Shown here piece after piece: positions 19,515 to 28,338 of a DNA stretch of 28,338 nucleotides. A model generated the notes under the pieces. That model searched no databases. It saw nothing but the letters and a program-made list of their open reading frames with translations, and had not been told where the DNA came from. The stretch is from an uncultured Deferribacteres bacterium (GTDB taxonomy: Bacteria > Zhuqueibacterota > Zhuqueibacteria > Zhuqueibacterales > Geothermadaptataceae). The stretch spans positions 1 through 28,338 of the forward strand of contig CAXHAT010000095.1 of assembly GCA_964014485.1 (NCBI GenBank), written 5' to 3'. The position numbers and the translations under genes were made by a program. How positions within the stretch are numbered: the first letter of the stretch is position 1; every line of letters starts with the position of its first letter.

Positions 19515-19894
19515 ATTTTCGATGGGGTCACGGGTTGATCTGGGTAAACTTTGAGGTTGAATACGCTCAAAAAGTTTATCAGATCAAAGATTGCATTATT
19601 GATACTGGTTCCGCCACAACAGCGGTACATACCGACGCTGTTGAATTTGATTTAAGAAGAGGCGGAATCTTAAAACGTCTGGTTGGAATCGGCGGTGGCA
19701 GACAAGAAGTCGTAACTCAAATGGTTGATAGATTTATCATTGACAAGACTGAATTCAACCAGATTGAAATCGAATTCGGCAATCTTCAAGACGAATTCGG
19801 CGTCAACGGATTTGTCGGAAACGACATTCTAAAACATTTCGTCGTCGCCATTGACTATCCACGGCAACAAATTGATTTTACTTTTGTGGAATGA
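19511..19894 (+). CDS. Retropepsin-like (clan AA) aspartic protease
   Basis: CIIDTGSATT catalytic motif, glycine-rich flap VGIGGG, NGFVGNDIL C-terminal motif, 127 aa single lobe. Confidence 0.88.
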   Translation: MNFRWGHGLIWVNFEVEYAQKVYQIKDCIIDTGSATTAVHTDAVEFDLRRGGILKRLVGIGGGRQEVVTQMVDRFIIDKTEFNQIEIEFGNLQDEFGVNGFVGNDILKHFVVAIDYPRQQIDFTFVE

Positions 19895-19920
19895 TAAAGA
19901 CGTCTTGTTTGGAGTTGTTC

Positions 19921-21420
19921 ATGAAATCAGCAATTAAAGCTTTCTTGACCAGCTTGGGCTTGATGTGCTCACCTCTCTTTGCGCAGACCAATGAGTGGGC
20001 CACTGAGTACGTCACGCTCGATACGCCGGAAAACGGCACGGGGCTACAAACTTCCAGCGTTGCCGTTGTTGGCCCGAACCAGTTTATTGCGCTCGTCAGC
20101 GGCGATCCGCCAAACGGACGTGAGGATCTGTTTAATCTGTCGGCAAATTACCTCGTCGGCTATTTAGAGGCCGATTCCGTTTTTGGCATTTTGGAGCCGC
20201 GCGGGTACGGTTCCAGCGCCGAAGGAATTTTTGATCAATGGATTTCCGGCTTTGAAAACGTGCCCCTGAACGGCGCATGGCAAATGGCCGCAGGCGGGCC
20301 GGACAATTACGTCTACATCGCCAACAATGACGAGCGCCACAATATTCTCGTATTCGCTCTCGATATTTTTGGCGGCGTGATGTCAACGGATTTTCGCATG
20401 GAAACCGGGGATAAGCCAATTTTCGCCATTGAAGTGGATGACGCCGGATACGTGTATGTCGCTGATTATCAAGGCTCGGATGAAAAAACCAACGAAGTCA
20501 AAGTCTATGCGCCCATCGGCGCGGACGGAACCACTTGGGGCGATGAAGCGGGCCGCAACGACGATCCGGTTGCGACCATCGATCTGCCGCCGGGCGTTTT
20601 TCAAGGCCTGACCGTCAACAACGACGGTTCGCAGGTTTTTGTCAGTTTCTCATCGGAGCGCAGCCTGCTGAAATTCACCGGCTCACCCCAGAGCGGCTAT
20701 ACGCAAGATCTCGCATTTAATGTAGCGCTCGCAGAGGATGACACCATCAGCAACGGCGGCTCCGGCACGCCGTCATTTTTAGGATTGGCTTACGCTGAGG
20801 CGTCCAAGACGCTGTTCGCGACGGTGGATGATTTTATCGCCATCGGCACAGGCGGCGGCTACCCCTACGGCAGAATTTACGTCATCGACGGCGAAGGCGG
20901 TTCGGTTGCTGACACTGTTGATATTGCTGAATGGAATTTTGCGCAGACAGGTTTTTACAACACCGGCTCCAATAATGGCAGCGTCGGCGGATTCACTTCG
21001 GTGACGGATTGCGAAGTGATTGCGGACGAGCCGAACGTCGTCTACACGCAAACCTACTATGGCTGGGCGGTGGAAAAATGGGCGTTTGACGGCGATCTCA
21101 GTCTCATCGTCAGCGTCGAGCAATCATCCGGCGCGCTACCACAAACTTTTAGTTTAAGCCAGAATTATCCCAATCCGTTTAATCCGCAGACGCGCTTCAC
21201 TTTTGAAATTCCAGAACAAAGCCGCGTCAAAATCGAAGTTTTTAACCTTCTCGGAGAACACATCGCGACTTTGGCGGACGGCGAACTGCCCGACGGCGTT
21301 TATCGCGGACAATGGAACGGGCGCAGCGAAGCGGGGCTGGCCATGCCAAGCGGCTTATACTTTTTAGTCATGCGCGCGGACGATTTCCAACAACAGCGTA
21401 GAATGATTCTCATGCGCTAA
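19921..21420 (+). CDS. Secreted beta-rich (propeller-like) protein with C-terminal sorting/FlgD-Ig-like domain
   Basis: GGAG RBS before ATG 19921; signal peptide ending LFA/Q; NHL-like IEVDDAGYVYVAD segment; C-terminus FSLSQNYPNPFNPQT...FNLLGE...WNG...PSGLYF. Confidence 0.85.
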   Translation: MKSAIKAFLTSLGLMCSPLFAQTNEWATEYVTLDTPENGTGLQTSSVAVVGPNQFIALVSGDPPNGREDLFNLSANYLVGYLEADSVFGILEPRGYGSSAEGIFDQWISGFENVPLNGAWQMAAGGPDNYVYIANNDERHNILVFALDIFGGVMSTDFRMETGDKPIFAIEVDDAGYVYVADYQGSDEKTNEVKVYAPIGADGTTWGDEAGRNDDPVATIDLPPGVFQGLTVNNDGSQVFVSFSSERSLLKFTGSPQSGYTQDLAFNVALAEDDTISNGGSGTPSFLGLAYAEASKTLFATVDDFIAIGTGGGYPYGRIYVIDGEGGSVADTVDIAEWNFAQTGFYNTGSNNGSVGGFTSVTDCEVIADEPNVVYTQTYYGWAVEKWAFDGDLSLIVSVEQSSGALPQTFSLSQNYPNPFNPQTRFTFEIPEQSRVKIEVFNLLGEHIATLADGELPDGVYRGQWNGRSEAGLAMPSGLYFLVMRADDFQQQRRMILMR

Positions 21421-21486
21421 CGCTGACGCAACGAGCGGCAAACGAATGTACTTTGATAAACCCAAACCCAATTTGGAAGGTCAGAA

Positions 21487-21640
21487 TTAAACGCAGAGAC
21501 GCTGAGTTCGGAGAGCTTCGCAGAGTTTTTGCGGCAAACGGACGTTTGAAATCCCGCTTTAAAGTTCTGCGGCCATTTGCTTCCAATCGCTTTGATTCTT
21601 TAATTTGGTTTTCTCAGCGTCCTTCGCGACTCTGCGTTTT
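21487..21640. repeat. ACGCAGAG-type inverted repeat pair
   Basis: TTAAACGCAGAGACGCTGAGTTCGGAGAGCTTCGCAGAG ... CTCAGCGTCCTTCGCGACTCTGCGTTT. Confidence 0.7.
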
Positions 21641-21721
21641 GTAAAATTATGCTCACAAGATTGTACTCGAATGCTTTTGTCGAGTACTGCGGGAAATCAC
21701 CAACATCCGAAAACGATATTC

Positions 21722-22909
21722 ATGGAAGAAAAAACCACCACCTATCCTCCTGACGTTCAGATTCTGGACATAGACGACCGTCAATTTATTCTCGTGGGCA
21801 CGGCGCACATCTCCCAGCAATCCGCCGATCTCGTGCGCGAAGTCATTGAAAATGAAAAACCGGATTGCGTCTGCGTCGAGTTGGACGAGCAACGCTACAA
21901 AGCCCTTTCCGATCAGCGCAAATGGGAGTCTCTCGATTTAAAGTCGGTCATCCGCCAGAAGCAGCTCGCGACCTTGATGATCAATCTGGTGTTGGCTTCT
22001 TACCAAAAACGCTTGGGCGAAAAACTTGGGGTTATGCCGGGCGCTGAATTACTTGAGGCGACCAAAACTGCAAAAGCCAACGATATTCCTATTTTTCTCT
22101 GCGACCGGGACGTGCGCATCACCATGCGCCGCGCCTGGCACTCCATGTCTTTCTGGAAAAAAATGCAGTTTCTCTCTTCGGGGCTGGCGGGCGTTTTCGA
22201 AGACGAGGAAGAAATCACCGAGGAAAAGCTTGAAGAAATCAAGCAAAAGGACGTGCTGACCGAACTGATGAACGAGCTCGGCAAGGCCATGCCCGAACTC
22301 AAGCGCGTCCTGATCGACGAGCGCGACGGCTACCTGACGCACAAGATGAAAGAAGCCAAAGGCGAAAAAATCGTCGCGGTGGTTGGGGCCGGACACGTTG
22401 AGGGAATTAAGGAAGCGCTGCGCAATGACACGAAAGTGGACATTGCGGAAATCGAAAAAATTCCGCCGCCCTCGCCGGTTTGGAAATGGCTCGGTTGGGG
22501 CATTCCGGCGCTGATTATTGGCTCCATCGCCTACATCGGCTGGACGAAGGGCTTGGCCGCCGCCGGAGACAATGCGCTGTTTTGGGTGCTCGCCAATGGC
22601 ATCCCCTGCTCCATTGGCGCCGCGCTGGCGTTTGGCCACCCCTTGACTGTTCTCGCCGCCTTTTTCTCAGCGCCCGTCACCAGCCTGACCCCGGTTATTG
22701 GCGCGGGTTATGTCACGGCGTTCGTTCAGGTCATGGTCAGACCGCCGGTCGTGCGCGAATTTCAAACGGTGAGCGACGAGGTGGGGTCGTACAAAGGCTG
22801 GTGGAGCAACAAGCTCTTGCGCGTTTTTCTGGTTTTCATCCTCTCCAGCCTTGGCAGCGTTCTCGGTACTTACGTCGGCGCTTATGAGATTATTTCGAAT
22901 TTGTTTTAG
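21722..22909 (+). CDS. TraB/GumN (TraB/PrgY) family protein with C-terminal membrane region
   Basis: LVGTAHIS, PDCVCVELDEQR, PGAE, LCDRDVRIT, LIDERD, VAVVGAGHVEGI; hydrophobic C-terminal third. Start moved to ATG 21722. Confidence 0.93.
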   Translation: MEEKTTTYPPDVQILDIDDRQFILVGTAHISQQSADLVREVIENEKPDCVCVELDEQRYKALSDQRKWESLDLKSVIRQKQLATLMINLVLASYQKRLGEKLGVMPGAELLEATKTAKANDIPIFLCDRDVRITMRRAWHSMSFWKKMQFLSSGLAGVFEDEEEITEEKLEEIKQKDVLTELMNELGKAMPELKRVLIDERDGYLTHKMKEAKGEKIVAVVGAGHVEGIKEALRNDTKVDIAEIEKIPPPSPVWKWLGWGIPALIIGSIAYIGWTKGLAAAGDNALFWVLANGIPCSIGAALAFGHPLTVLAAFFSAPVTSLTPVIGAGYVTAFVQVMVRPPVVREFQTVSDEVGSYKGWWSNKLLRVFLVFILSSLGSVLGTYVGAYEIISNLF

Positions 22910-22935
22910 TCCCAAAACCAATGGGGGTGAATGAT

Positions 22936-23874
22936 ATGCAAGTGTCATTGCGATTTTTCTTCTACATCGCACTAACCGTAAACAACCTGTCGGCGCAAGA
23001 AATCGATACGCTGCAAACGCTATCCTATTTCCCTGTTCATATTGGCGATAAGTGGCAGTATCGAATTCGCGAATATCAATTCGAATACCCGCCGGAAAGA
23101 ATTTACTACCGCACCGTTGAAGTATTGGGTGATACGATCATGCCCAATGGAAAAACCTATTTTCAGATGAGTGGTTTTGGTGAGCTTTTTGATAAAACCA
23201 AAACCAGTCATATCCGGATTGATTCATTGAATTTAGAAGTTCTCCACTACGACCCTGAAACCGCTCAACAAGATTCTTCCTGTAAAAATGACGAAATCAG
23301 TTATTTTCAATTAGGCCTGCCTTCGGCTGGAGTGACTGATTTTTTTTGCTTAAAAGATATTTACTCCGAATACGGAGAGACGCTCGGATACGCTGGATGC
23401 ATTGGTGATTCATTACAAATCAAAATATTTGTGTTCGGTCCTGGCGGCGTTGGCGTTGGTTACAGATTAGCACCCGGTCTAGGTATTGCGAACTGGAGCA
23501 CCGGAGAAGGCAACGCCGGCGCAGAAGCCTGTTTACACGCGGCAATCATTAACGGAGAGAAGTTCGGCGATTTTGTTGTCAGCGTTAATGAACCGCGCCG
23601 CACGCTGTCACATTTTGAGTTAGAACAGAATTTCCCCAACCCATTCAACGCTTCAACCACGATCAAATATGCCATTGAAAAGCCCGGTTTTGTTCAATTG
23701 CTGTTTTATAACGCCGAGGGTCGAAAAATTTTGAACGGGATTGAAGAATTCAAAAGCGCCGGACAATATGTTTATCATTTTCAAGCGGACGACCTGCCTT
23801 CAGGCGTTTATTTCTACCGACTTACCGTCGACGGCTTCCCAAGCGATTTCAGGAAATTATTATTCTTGAAGTAA
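22936..23874 (+). CDS. Secreted protein with C-terminal sorting domain
   Basis: Signal-like N-terminus ending LSA/Q; SYFPVHIGDKWQY N-terminal motif; FELEQNFPNPFNAST...LPSGVYFYRL. Start 22921 or 22936. Confidence 0.82.
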   Translation: MQVSLRFFFYIALTVNNLSAQEIDTLQTLSYFPVHIGDKWQYRIREYQFEYPPERIYYRTVEVLGDTIMPNGKTYFQMSGFGELFDKTKTSHIRIDSLNLEVLHYDPETAQQDSSCKNDEISYFQLGLPSAGVTDFFCLKDIYSEYGETLGYAGCIGDSLQIKIFVFGPGGVGVGYRLAPGLGIANWSTGEGNAGAEACLHAAIINGEKFGDFVVSVNEPRRTLSHFELEQNFPNPFNASTTIKYAIEKPGFVQLLFYNAEGRKILNGIEEFKSAGQYVYHFQADDLPSGVYFYRLTVDGFPSDFRKLLFLK

Positions 23875-24937
23875 GCTGATGAACTTTATGCACAATTTGC
23901 CGGCTTTCGTGACATTTCTCCACCCACGCCCTGCCTTTAATTGTGAGCTCATCTCGCATCATCTCTGAATCAATTAAACTCAATATTTTTTCATACAAAT
24001 TTTCATCATCAATCTCCCAGAACGGATGATCAGGGTAAGCCGAGAGAAAATGCGGCGTGAGCGAGGTGCAGGTCGGCACGCCCAGCGCAAGCGCTTCAAG
24101 TGCGTTTATGCCGTAGCCCAGATCGCCGATTTGGTCGATAAAAATATCACACGAATCTTTCAGTTTGATCGCTTCAGCGTGCGGCAAGTTCTCGATCAGC
24201 ACAATTTCAATCTCCCGCTCGTTTTTGATCCGCTCCAGAACGGCAAGAATGCGCTCGCTGCCTTTCGCCGCCCGATTGGTCGGCGCGTGACCGATGCGTA
24301 GTTTTCCATCGTTTTCCCGTTGGCGGAAAGCGTATTTTTCAGGTTCAAATGGAAACAAAACGTGCTGCAAATTCGGGTGCAGATCGAGATGATCCCACTC
24401 TACCGTAACCCGCACGTCCGCCAAGGCGTCCACCGGTTCGATGATCCCGCGCGTGCGCAAGTCGCTGCCCGTGTAGCACACGATGACTTTCTTGCCATGC
24501 GCTTTTAAGCGCCGCACCGTCCGTCCGTCGCGAAAAAAATCGAGCCCGGCGTCAAATTGATAAACGTCGAACGACCAGAAACCGATCTCTTGCATAAAAT
24601 CATAAATCATCGGCTCCCAAAACCACTCTCGCACAAAAATCAGCGCCTTTTCCGCCAGACCGTTCGCACGCCAAACCGGAGGCTTTTCTTGTGATGCTGA
24701 TGATTGATTTTTGATCTCCAGACGTGCTGGATTGGAAACGAGTCGTTTGATTTTTTTAACGAAATCGGCGTTGACGAATGGCAGGTTGAGACAAATATCT
24801 TCAGGATAACCGCGCGGATCGGGAAAAAGCGTCACCAGGCGGCTTTCATACCCAAGCGCGCGTTCTGCCCGGACAAACGTCATCGGCACGTCTGAGATGT
24901 TTTGGGGGGCAATGTGAAGGATGCGCTTATTGATCAT
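23849..24937 (-). CDS. Putative glycosyltransferase (GT-B/GT4-like)
   Basis: RILHIA N-terminal strand, YTGSDLR, IGHAPTNRAAKG, CDIFIDQ...GYGINALEALALGVP; start overlaps the SDR stop. Confidence 0.82.
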   Translation of the reverse strand: MINKRILHIAPQNISDVPMTFVRAERALGYESRLVTLFPDPRGYPEDICLNLPFVNADFVKKIKRLVSNPARLEIKNQSSASQEKPPVWRANGLAEKALIFVREWFWEPMIYDFMQEIGFWSFDVYQFDAGLDFFRDGRTVRRLKAHGKKVIVCYTGSDLRTRGIIEPVDALADVRVTVEWDHLDLHPNLQHVLFPFEPEKYAFRQRENDGKLRIGHAPTNRAAKGSERILAVLERIKNEREIEIVLIENLPHAEAIKLKDSCDIFIDQIGDLGYGINALEALALGVPTCTSLTPHFLSAYPDHPFWEIDDENLYEKILSLIDSEMMRDELTIKGRAWVEKCHESRQIVHKVHQLTSRIIIS

Positions 24938-25739
24938 ATTTTTCGTGCACAAAATCGAGATTGGGAACCGGGCTTGTCACCGACCAGCCGCCGTCGACGA
25001 TTAGGCACTGCCCGGTGATTTGCGCCGCCGCCGGAGAAAGTAAAAACAGCGCGGCGTTCGCGACATCCGAGACTTGACCGGCGCGGCGCGTCGGATAAAT
25101 TTCGCCCCAAACGCGCTCATAATCGGGATCGTCTTGCAAGGTTCTTTCAGTAACTGTTGCCCCCGGCGCAATAGCGTTGGCGGTAATGCCGTGCGGCGCA
25201 AGATCGAATACCAAACTCTTCGCCAAAGTTTGCAGCCCGGCCTTGGTCATGGAATAGGCCGCCAAATGTTGGTGCGCTTGAATTGCCGTCACCGAAGACA
25301 TGAACAAAATTCGCCCGCCAGATTCTTGCCTGCGCATTTGGGCCGCCGCCGCTTGCGCCAGAAAAAAGCTTCCCGCCAAATTTGTGCTTAAAACATGCTG
25401 GAGATGCTCAGCTTTGTAAGTGAAAAAATCTCCGTAGTGTGTGATTCCTGCATTGGCGATTGCGAAGTTGCAGCGGCCGTAGTTTTTTACAGCTTCATGA
25501 ACCAGTTTTTCAACATCCGCTTTTTCTCCAGCATTGCCGGAACAAGCAACGCAAACGCCGCCTTCACCAACGATCTTTCTCGTCGCTTCTTTGGCGCGCG
25601 TTTCGTCAATGTCGTTTAAAACAACCGATGCGCCATGTTGAGCAAGTTGTCGCGCGATTTCGAAACCAATCCCGGCTCCGGCGCCAGTAATGACGGCGAC
25701 TTGATCTCGAAAAAGTTTTGCGTCGAAAATCTGTTTCAT
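24927..25739 (-). CDS. Short-chain dehydrogenase/reductase (SDR)
   Basis: TGAGAGIG, ANAG, SS, YSMTK (YxxxK), NAIAPG, ITGQCLIVDGG. Start moved to ATG 25739 because the longer start lies in a repeat. Confidence 0.93.
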   Translation of the reverse strand: MKQIFDAKLFRDQVAVITGAGAGIGFEIARQLAQHGASVVLNDIDETRAKEATRKIVGEGGVCVACSGNAGEKADVEKLVHEAVKNYGRCNFAIANAGITHYGDFFTYKAEHLQHVLSTNLAGSFFLAQAAAAQMRRQESGGRILFMSSVTAIQAHQHLAAYSMTKAGLQTLAKSLVFDLAPHGITANAIAPGATVTERTLQDDPDYERVWGEIYPTRRAGQVSDVANAALFLLSPAAAQITGQCLIVDGGWSVTSPVPNLDFVHEKYDQ

Positions 25740-25760
25740 TTTGGGAATTACGCCAAATTC

Positions 25761-25880
25761 GGAGTGCAAGGCTTGCATTGCTTTTTATCCGATTAATTCC
25801 AAAAAAATCTAAACATTGTGAGAAAAAGACGGTGTTTGCAAAAAGCCATCGACTGAATGGCAAGGCAAGCCTTGCACTCC
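25761..25880. repeat. GGAGTGC...GCACTCC inverted-repeat element (copy 2)
   Basis: GGAGTGCAAGGCTTGCATTGC ... GCAAGGCAAGCCTTGCACTCC. Confidence 0.82.
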
Positions 25881-25895
25881 TTTCTTCTCGGAAAC

Positions 25896-27293
25896 TTACT
25901 CAAATTTTAACGGCCAATTTTCGTCATCAATGCGCGCCTGATCGATCAGCCCGGTTATTTGTGCGACAACCTCGGGATTCTCGGCGGCGATATTGTTAGT
26001 TTCGCTTGGATCATTTTGCACATTGTAAAGTTCGAGCGGCCCGTTTGGCGAGAGGCGCACGCCCTTCCAGTCGCCCATGCGCACGGCCTGTTTCGAAGCT
26101 TTCCACCAGTGAAATTCCCAGTACAAGTACTCGTGTTGCGGCTGTTCTTGCCCCAAAAGCTCCGGCAAGAATGAGAGGCCGTCGATATTCTCCGGCGGTT
26201 CAACGCCTGCAATTTCACTGACCGTCGGCAAAACGTCCCAAAACGCTGAGCCATGGTTTGATTCGGAGCCTGCCTTGATTCGCCCCGGCCAACGGACGAT
26301 CATTGGAACGCGCACGCCGCCTTCGTAAAGGTCGCGTTTGATGCCGCGCAAAGGGCCGTTGCTGTCAAAAAAGTCCGGATCAGCGCCGCCCTCGCGATGC
26401 GGGCCATTGTCGCTGCTGAACATGATGACGGTGTTTTCGTCGAGACCAAGCGTCTTTAATTTCTCGATAATTTCGCCAACGCTTTGATCCATGCGAGAGA
26501 TCATGGCGGCGTGGCCTTTTTGCGCGTCCGGCCAATCCTTGTCGGCATACTCGCCGAAATCGGGAACTTCCATGCCTGCTTTTCCGGCTTCATTGTTGGC
26601 GTGAGGGATCGTCATGGTCAGCATGAGAAAAAACGGTTTGCCTTGATTCTTTTCGATAAAACCAAGCGCTTCTTGCGCAAAAAGATCGTGCGTATACTGC
26701 GCACGCTCAACAGCGACGCCAGCGCCGTCCGCGCGTTTCGGCTCCTGCGAAATATTGCCTTCCAGAACCACACGTTCCCGATTGCGGAAGAGAAATTCCG
26801 GGTAATAATTGTGCGCGTGGCGCTGGCACAAATAGCCGTAAAAATAGTCAAAACCTTGATTGTTCGGTTCGCCGCTGGAACCCGGCGCGCCCAGCCCCCA
26901 CTTGCCGATCAGTCCGGTCGCGTACCCGGCGTCTTTCAACATTTCCGCTATGGTGACGTCCTCATCTCGAAGCGGGTGCTGCCCCATCGGTTTGACTTCC
27001 TTGTTGCCGCGAATCGGCGAGTGTCCGGAGTGCAGCCCGGTCATCAAACATGCGCGGGACGGTGCGCAAACCGTACTGCCGGCATAGTGCTGCGTAAAAC
27101 GCATGCCCTCGTCGGCGAGACGATCTAAATTGGGCGTTTTGATTTGTTGCTGCCCATAACTGCCAAGATCGCCGTAGCCGAGATCATCGGCGAGAATATA
27201 GATAATGTTTGGCTTTTGATCAGGTTCGGTTTGTTGGCAATTAAAAAATCCAAGCGCGACAAAAATCGCAACAAAGGCGCTGGTTTTCTGCAT
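25896..27293 (-). CDS. Cys-type (formylglycine-dependent) arylsulfatase family protein, probable lipoprotein
   Basis: GGAG RBS; KPNIIYILADDLGYGD, CAPSRACLMTG, GKWGLG, SSDNG, YEGGVRVP, ELYNVQNDPSE; signal peptide with Cys (LGFFNC). Confidence 0.94.
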   Translation of the reverse strand: MQKTSAFVAIFVALGFFNCQQTEPDQKPNIIYILADDLGYGDLGSYGQQQIKTPNLDRLADEGMRFTQHYAGSTVCAPSRACLMTGLHSGHSPIRGNKEVKPMGQHPLRDEDVTIAEMLKDAGYATGLIGKWGLGAPGSSGEPNNQGFDYFYGYLCQRHAHNYYPEFLFRNRERVVLEGNISQEPKRADGAGVAVERAQYTHDLFAQEALGFIEKNQGKPFFLMLTMTIPHANNEAGKAGMEVPDFGEYADKDWPDAQKGHAAMISRMDQSVGEIIEKLKTLGLDENTVIMFSSDNGPHREGGADPDFFDSNGPLRGIKRDLYEGGVRVPMIVRWPGRIKAGSESNHGSAFWDVLPTVSEIAGVEPPENIDGLSFLPELLGQEQPQHEYLYWEFHWWKASKQAVRMGDWKGVRLSPNGPLELYNVQNDPSETNNIAAENPEVVAQITGLIDQARIDDENWPLKFE

Positions 27294-27308
27294 TTGGTCT
27301 CTCCCAAG

Positions 27309-27417
27309 GGAGTGCAAGCTTGCTTTGCTTTTCATTCACAAACGCAGCAAATTCCAGCGTCAGGTGGATGGTTCCGGGAAGGCTTACGATTGAATGGCAA
27401 GGCAAGCCTTGCACTCC
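27309..27417. repeat. GGAGTGC...GCACTCC inverted-repeat element (copy 3)
   Basis: GGAGTGCAAGCTTGCTTTGC ... GCAAGGCAAGCCTTGCACTCC. Confidence 0.82.
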
Positions 27418-27627
27418 TTTCTTTCTGATTCACAATTGAGATCAAAATATAGGACGATCCTGTGTGATTATCTAAAATTTAAACACGAAGCTTTTCGGAA
27501 CTTCATCGCCCCGAAAAAGTATTAAATCCATCCCTGGAGCACGTTACAAAATTGGAGAATGCTCGACTACATTTGTTGCTACCGCTCAAAAAATTGGCTA
27601 CTTTGAAACGCATAACCGGAGCAGCAA

Positions 27628-28338
27628 ATGTTCGTCAACCGCAATTTTCGCCGCCTTCTCATTCTCCCGCTCTTTTTGACGGCCAGCCCGTTAGCCGCGC
27701 AAATCTCGCCGACGCGCAACATCACCGCGCAAGTTTTTGATCAACAAACCCGCGAGCCAATTTATCTTGTCAACATGATTTGCCGCCCGTTTTCCTTTGG
27801 CGCCGCGACGAATCGCGACGGCCGCATCTCCCTGAAATTGCCTCACAAAGCTTTCACGCTCATTTTTAGCCACATCGGCTACAAAAAGCATTCGATCAAA
27901 TTCCCGGCGGGAGCGGCGGATACAAGCCTGACTGTGTTTCTTGAGGCCACGGCTTTGAGCATGAATGAAGTCGCGGTTGAAGCGGAACGGGAAAGCACGG
28001 GTGCAGGCGAACTTAAATTACGCGCAACTGACATTCAAAACATTCCAGACTTTGCCGGCGAGCCGGTCAATGCCGTGAAAACATTGCCGGGCGTAGCGTC
28101 AAATAATGAATTGAGCAACGCTTACCAAGTGCAAGGCGGCAGCGCAGACGAGAACTTGATTTTGCTCGACGGCGTGGAGATCACGCGTCCGCAGCGCATT
28201 CGCAGCAGCAGTCATGAGAATTTCACGCCGATCAACCGGCTTCTTCTGCGGGATTTGACTTTTACAGCCGGGGGATTTCCCGTTGTTTACGGCGAACGGC
28301 TCAGCTCGGTTCTCGTGGCAAAGTATCGAAATTTTGCC
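27628..28338 (+). CDS. TonB-dependent receptor with N-terminal carboxypeptidase-regulatory-like domain, 3'-truncated
   Basis: Not in the ORF track (no stop in window). GGAG RBS, MFVNRNFRRLLILPLFLTASPLAA/Q, VFDQQTREPI, FSHIGY, VKTLPGV, QGGSADENLILLDG, GGFPVVYGERLSSVL. Confidence 0.88.
   Translation, partial: MFVNRNFRRLLILPLFLTASPLAAQISPTRNITAQVFDQQTREPIYLVNMICRPFSFGAATNRDGRISLKLPHKAFTLIFSHIGYKKHSIKFPAGAADTSLTVFLEATALSMNEVAVEAERESTGAGELKLRATDIQNIPDFAGEPVNAVKTLPGVASNNELSNAYQVQGGSADENLILLDGVEITRPQRIRSSSHENFTPINRLLLRDLTFTAGGFPVVYGERLSSVLVAKYRNFA

Noticed and set aside
21722..22909. Conjugation gene implied by the name TraB
   Set aside because: Motifs match the TraB/PrgY/GumN family, commonly chromosomal; no T4SS, relaxase or other transfer genes nearby.
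10484..27335. Longer starts in the ORF track (10484, 13344, 19891, 21605, 25778, 27335)
   Set aside because: The extensions lie in repeats or lack an RBS; downstream ATGs give better RBS and/or put the signal peptide or first domain at the N-terminus.

Overview
Contig-end window from a Gram-negative bacterium. Two proteins end in QN(Y/F)PNPFN C-terminal sorting/FlgD-like domains, which suggests the FCB group (KSB1/Calditrichota/Ignavibacteriota-like); this is inference. Bases 1-44 are an untrimmed Nextera adapter. The dominant feature is missing from the supplied ORF track: a minus-strand gene from ATG 10117 that runs off the contig end with no stop (>3350 aa). It encodes a signal peptide, two paralogous purple-acid-phosphatase-like modules, about 25 fibronectin type III repeats and two F5/8-type-C (CBM32-like) domains. 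In both phosphatase modules the canonical GHxH motif is replaced by a PhoD-like GDxH. On the plus strand follow two PQQ/BamB-like beta-propellers, a TPR protein, a TonB-dependent receptor, a DUF3311-like/sodium:solute symporter pair, a small-protein/retropepsin pair, two secreted C-terminal-domain proteins and a TraB/GumN protein. These are followed by a minus-strand sulfatase-SDR-glycosyltransferase run and a truncated second TonB-dependent receptor. Intergenic spacers are crowded with palindromic REP/MITE-like elements. One is a three-level nested structure with DnaA-box-containing terminal repeats and an 11-bp target duplication. There is also an orphan ~170-bp copy of a gene 3' end. All family calls are from motifs read by eye, with no database searches.
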